A stretch of DNA of 64,000 nucleotides from Myxococcota bacterium (GTDB lineage: Bacteria; Myxococcota_A; UBA9042; PHBI01; JAWLBL01), in the NCBI GenBank assembly GCA_041687695.1, contig JAWLBL010000016.1, positions 1 through 64,000 of the forward strand, in the 5' to 3' direction. The position numbers and the translations under genes are program-made. Below are positions 61,985 through 64,000 of this stretch, piece by piece. Position 1 is the stretch's first letter. Each line of letters opens with the position of its first letter. The notes under the pieces were generated by a model, which saw only the letters and a program-made list of their open reading frames with translations, did not search any database and was not told the origin of the DNA.

Positions 61985-63646
61985 ATGCCGTTGACCTACA
62001 TCAGGACACGCCCGCACGTGTCGACCGCGGCGCTGGCCGCGTTGCTGCTCGGCGCCTGCGGCGACGCCGGCGCGGGTGACCCGTCCGATGTCGCCGAGGT
62101 GAAGGCCCAGGACGCCTCCGAGATCGCGGACGCCGAGGGCGAGGTCGCCGCCGACTCCGGCCCCGACGTCCCCGCGCCCGAGCCGTACCCGGACCCGGGC
62201 GCCTGGCCGCCCAACCGCGGCCCCGGCGGGCCGGCCGTCAGCTTCCCCGAGGAGGCGCTCTACGAGCACTGCGCCTACCTGAACGGCGGCGAGGCCGACG
62301 TCACCGATCACCACAACCTGCTCGTCATGTACGACGGCTACCTGCTGATGCCCTGGGCACCCGAGTGGGGCGGCGGCGGCCTCACCTTCTTCGACGTGAG
62401 CGATCCCTGCGCCCCCACCGTCGCCGGCTACGGCACCAGCGAAGAGATGCGCGAGACGCACAGCATCGGCTTCTCCCACGGCACCCCGTCGGCCCCGGGC
62501 GCCTGGGCCGTGGTCAACCAGATCCGCCTGACCCCAGATGGAGAGGCTCTCTTTTCGGGCGGCGTGCAGTTCTGGGACGTCTCGGACACCTCGGCGCCCC
62601 ACGTCGTCTCCAGGCTCGAGCTCCCCGGCTTCGGCTACCCCGACGCCTACGCGCGCGTGACCCTCAGCGTCTTCTGGCAGGCCCCCTACGTCTTCGCCGC
62701 CGGCTCCGACAACGGCGTGTACGTCATCGACGCCTCCGACCCGCTGTCGCCGAAGCTGCTGCACCAGCAGACCTTCGACCCCGTCCTGCGCGCCGGCCAG
62801 GTCGCCGCCGTCGGCAACCTGCTGTTCGTCTCGGCCGCAGAGGGCGCGCGCACCGTCCTGCTCGACGTCTCGGACCCCGCCGCCCCGCAGCCCATCCCCG
62901 GCGGCGACTTCCTGGTCCACGACCCCGAGGGCAAGCCCCGCGAGTCCTACTTCAGCAACTTCTCCAACGGCTACGCCTACTACGCCCGCAAGGACAAGGG
63001 CGGCGGCGTGCTGATCTACGACGTCCGTGACCCGACGCAGCCCGCGCTCGCCGGCTCGTACCACTCGGACGGCAACGGCGGCTACGTCTTCGTCAAGGAC
63101 GACTTCGCCTTCGTGGGCGAGTCGAACTTCGCCGCCATCTACGACCTGTCCGATCTCGGCGCCATCACCGAGGTCCAGCGCCTGCACCTCACGGGCGACC
63201 TCGACACCATGACCCCCATCGGCAACGTGGTCGTCCTGAGCGTCGACGACAAGGGCGACCCCGGCAAGGGCAGCGCCATCGCCCCCTGGCAGACCGAACC
63301 CGACGCGACGCCGCCGCGCGTCACCTGGGTCTACCCGCCGGACGGGGCGACCGGCCTCGCCCCGACCTCGCGCTTCGGCGTGACCTTCGGCGAGATGGTC
63401 GACCCCAAGAGCGCCTGGGAGGGCTCGGTGCGCCTGTACCGCACCGATCTCGGCCCGACGGCGGGACGCGTCGAGGGTTACGTCAGCGCGCAGGAGGCCA
63501 TCGTCAACTTCGCGCCGGCCGCGCCGCTCGAGGCAGGCCGACACTACACGCTCGAGCTCCCGGCGGGCGGCGTGACCGACTACAACGGCAACGCCCTCGC
63601 CGAGTCCTTCACCGCCGGCTTCACGGTCGCCGGGACCGCGCCGTGA
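61985..63646 (+). CDS. Lipoprotein with LVIVD-type beta-propeller and C-terminal Ig-like (Big_5) domain
   Basis: LGAC lipobox; G...(F/Y)DVSDP..P repeats; DATPPRV..VYPPDGATG; GGAGG RBS. Confidence 0.8.
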   Translation: MPLTYIRTRPHVSTAALAALLLGACGDAGAGDPSDVAEVKAQDASEIADAEGEVAADSGPDVPAPEPYPDPGAWPPNRGPGGPAVSFPEEALYEHCAYLNGGEADVTDHHNLLVMYDGYLLMPWAPEWGGGGLTFFDVSDPCAPTVAGYGTSEEMRETHSIGFSHGTPSAPGAWAVVNQIRLTPDGEALFSGGVQFWDVSDTSAPHVVSRLELPGFGYPDAYARVTLSVFWQAPYVFAAGSDNGVYVIDASDPLSPKLLHQQTFDPVLRAGQVAAVGNLLFVSAAEGARTVLLDVSDPAAPQPIPGGDFLVHDPEGKPRESYFSNFSNGYAYYARKDKGGGVLIYDVRDPTQPALAGSYHSDGNGGYVFVKDDFAFVGESNFAAIYDLSDLGAITEVQRLHLTGDLDTMTPIGNVVVLSVDDKGDPGKGSAIAPWQTEPDATPPRVTWVYPPDGATGLAPTSRFGVTFGEMVDPKSAWEGSVRLYRTDLGPTAGRVEGYVSAQEAIVNFAPAAPLEAGRHYTLELPAGGVTDYNGNALAESFTAGFTVAGTAP

Positions 63647-64000
63647 GACGCGCGACCCTCGCGCTGGCGCTGGCCCTGACCGGCTGCGGGAGCGCCCCCC
63701 CAACCGCCGCCGAGGACGCCAAGGCGGCGGACCTCGCCGGCGGCGACGCCCCGGACACCGGCGCCGTCGACGCGGGCGACGATCCGGGCCCCGAGCTGCC
63801 CGCGCAGCCGCTGACCGCCGTCGCCGTGGCCCCGCGCTACGCCCTGGTCGGCGAGCCGGTCCTGCTCGACGGGTCGGCCTCGACCGGCGCCACCGCCTTC
63901 CAATGGAGCTTCGGCAACGGCGACGGCTGGGACGCCCCGCGCCCCGAGCCCACGGCCACGGTCACCTACGCCGCGCCCGGCCGCCACCAGGCCGTCCTCA
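63643..64000 (+). CDS. PKD-domain lipoprotein (partial, runs off the window)
   Basis: GTG start overlapping the previous stop; LTGC lipobox; VGEPVLLDGSAS...FQWSFGNG...TYAAPG. Confidence 0.75.
   Translation, partial: MRRATLALALALTGCGSAPPTAAEDAKAADLAGGDAPDTGAVDAGDDPGPELPAQPLTAVAVAPRYALVGEPVLLDGSASTGATAFQWSFGNGDGWDAPRPEPTATVTYAAPGRHQAVL

Overview
Very GC-rich bacterial chromosomal segment. The many Cys-rich and Asp/Thr/Pro-linker lipoproteins, a DUF4157 protein and a myxobacterial-type LexA box suggest a Myxococcota/deltaproteobacterial origin (inference). The left part is housekeeping: GT2 and membrane glycosyltransferases, rne, serS, recR-ybaB-dnaX, the SRP RNA, all four tRNA-Ser isoacceptors, and tRNA-Arg(ACG) next to tadA. 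Then come an amidase/M23-like peptidoglycan hydrolase operon, recQ, hflX, TetR-aldehyde dehydrogenase, many surface lipoproteins, amtB, a split YqiJ / flotillin / giant AAA+ ATPase module and a phage-fibre-like adhesin. The most notable accessory items are (i) a 2.25 kb unit carrying a double-DUF222-like HNH nuclease gene, bounded by an 11-bp direct repeat and with a LexA box in its promoter, and (ii) a DUF4157 protein whose C-terminus carries CD38-type ADP-ribosyl cyclase/NADase motifs, followed by a HEAT-repeat candidate immunity gene. All family assignments come from motif recognition by eye; no searches were run.
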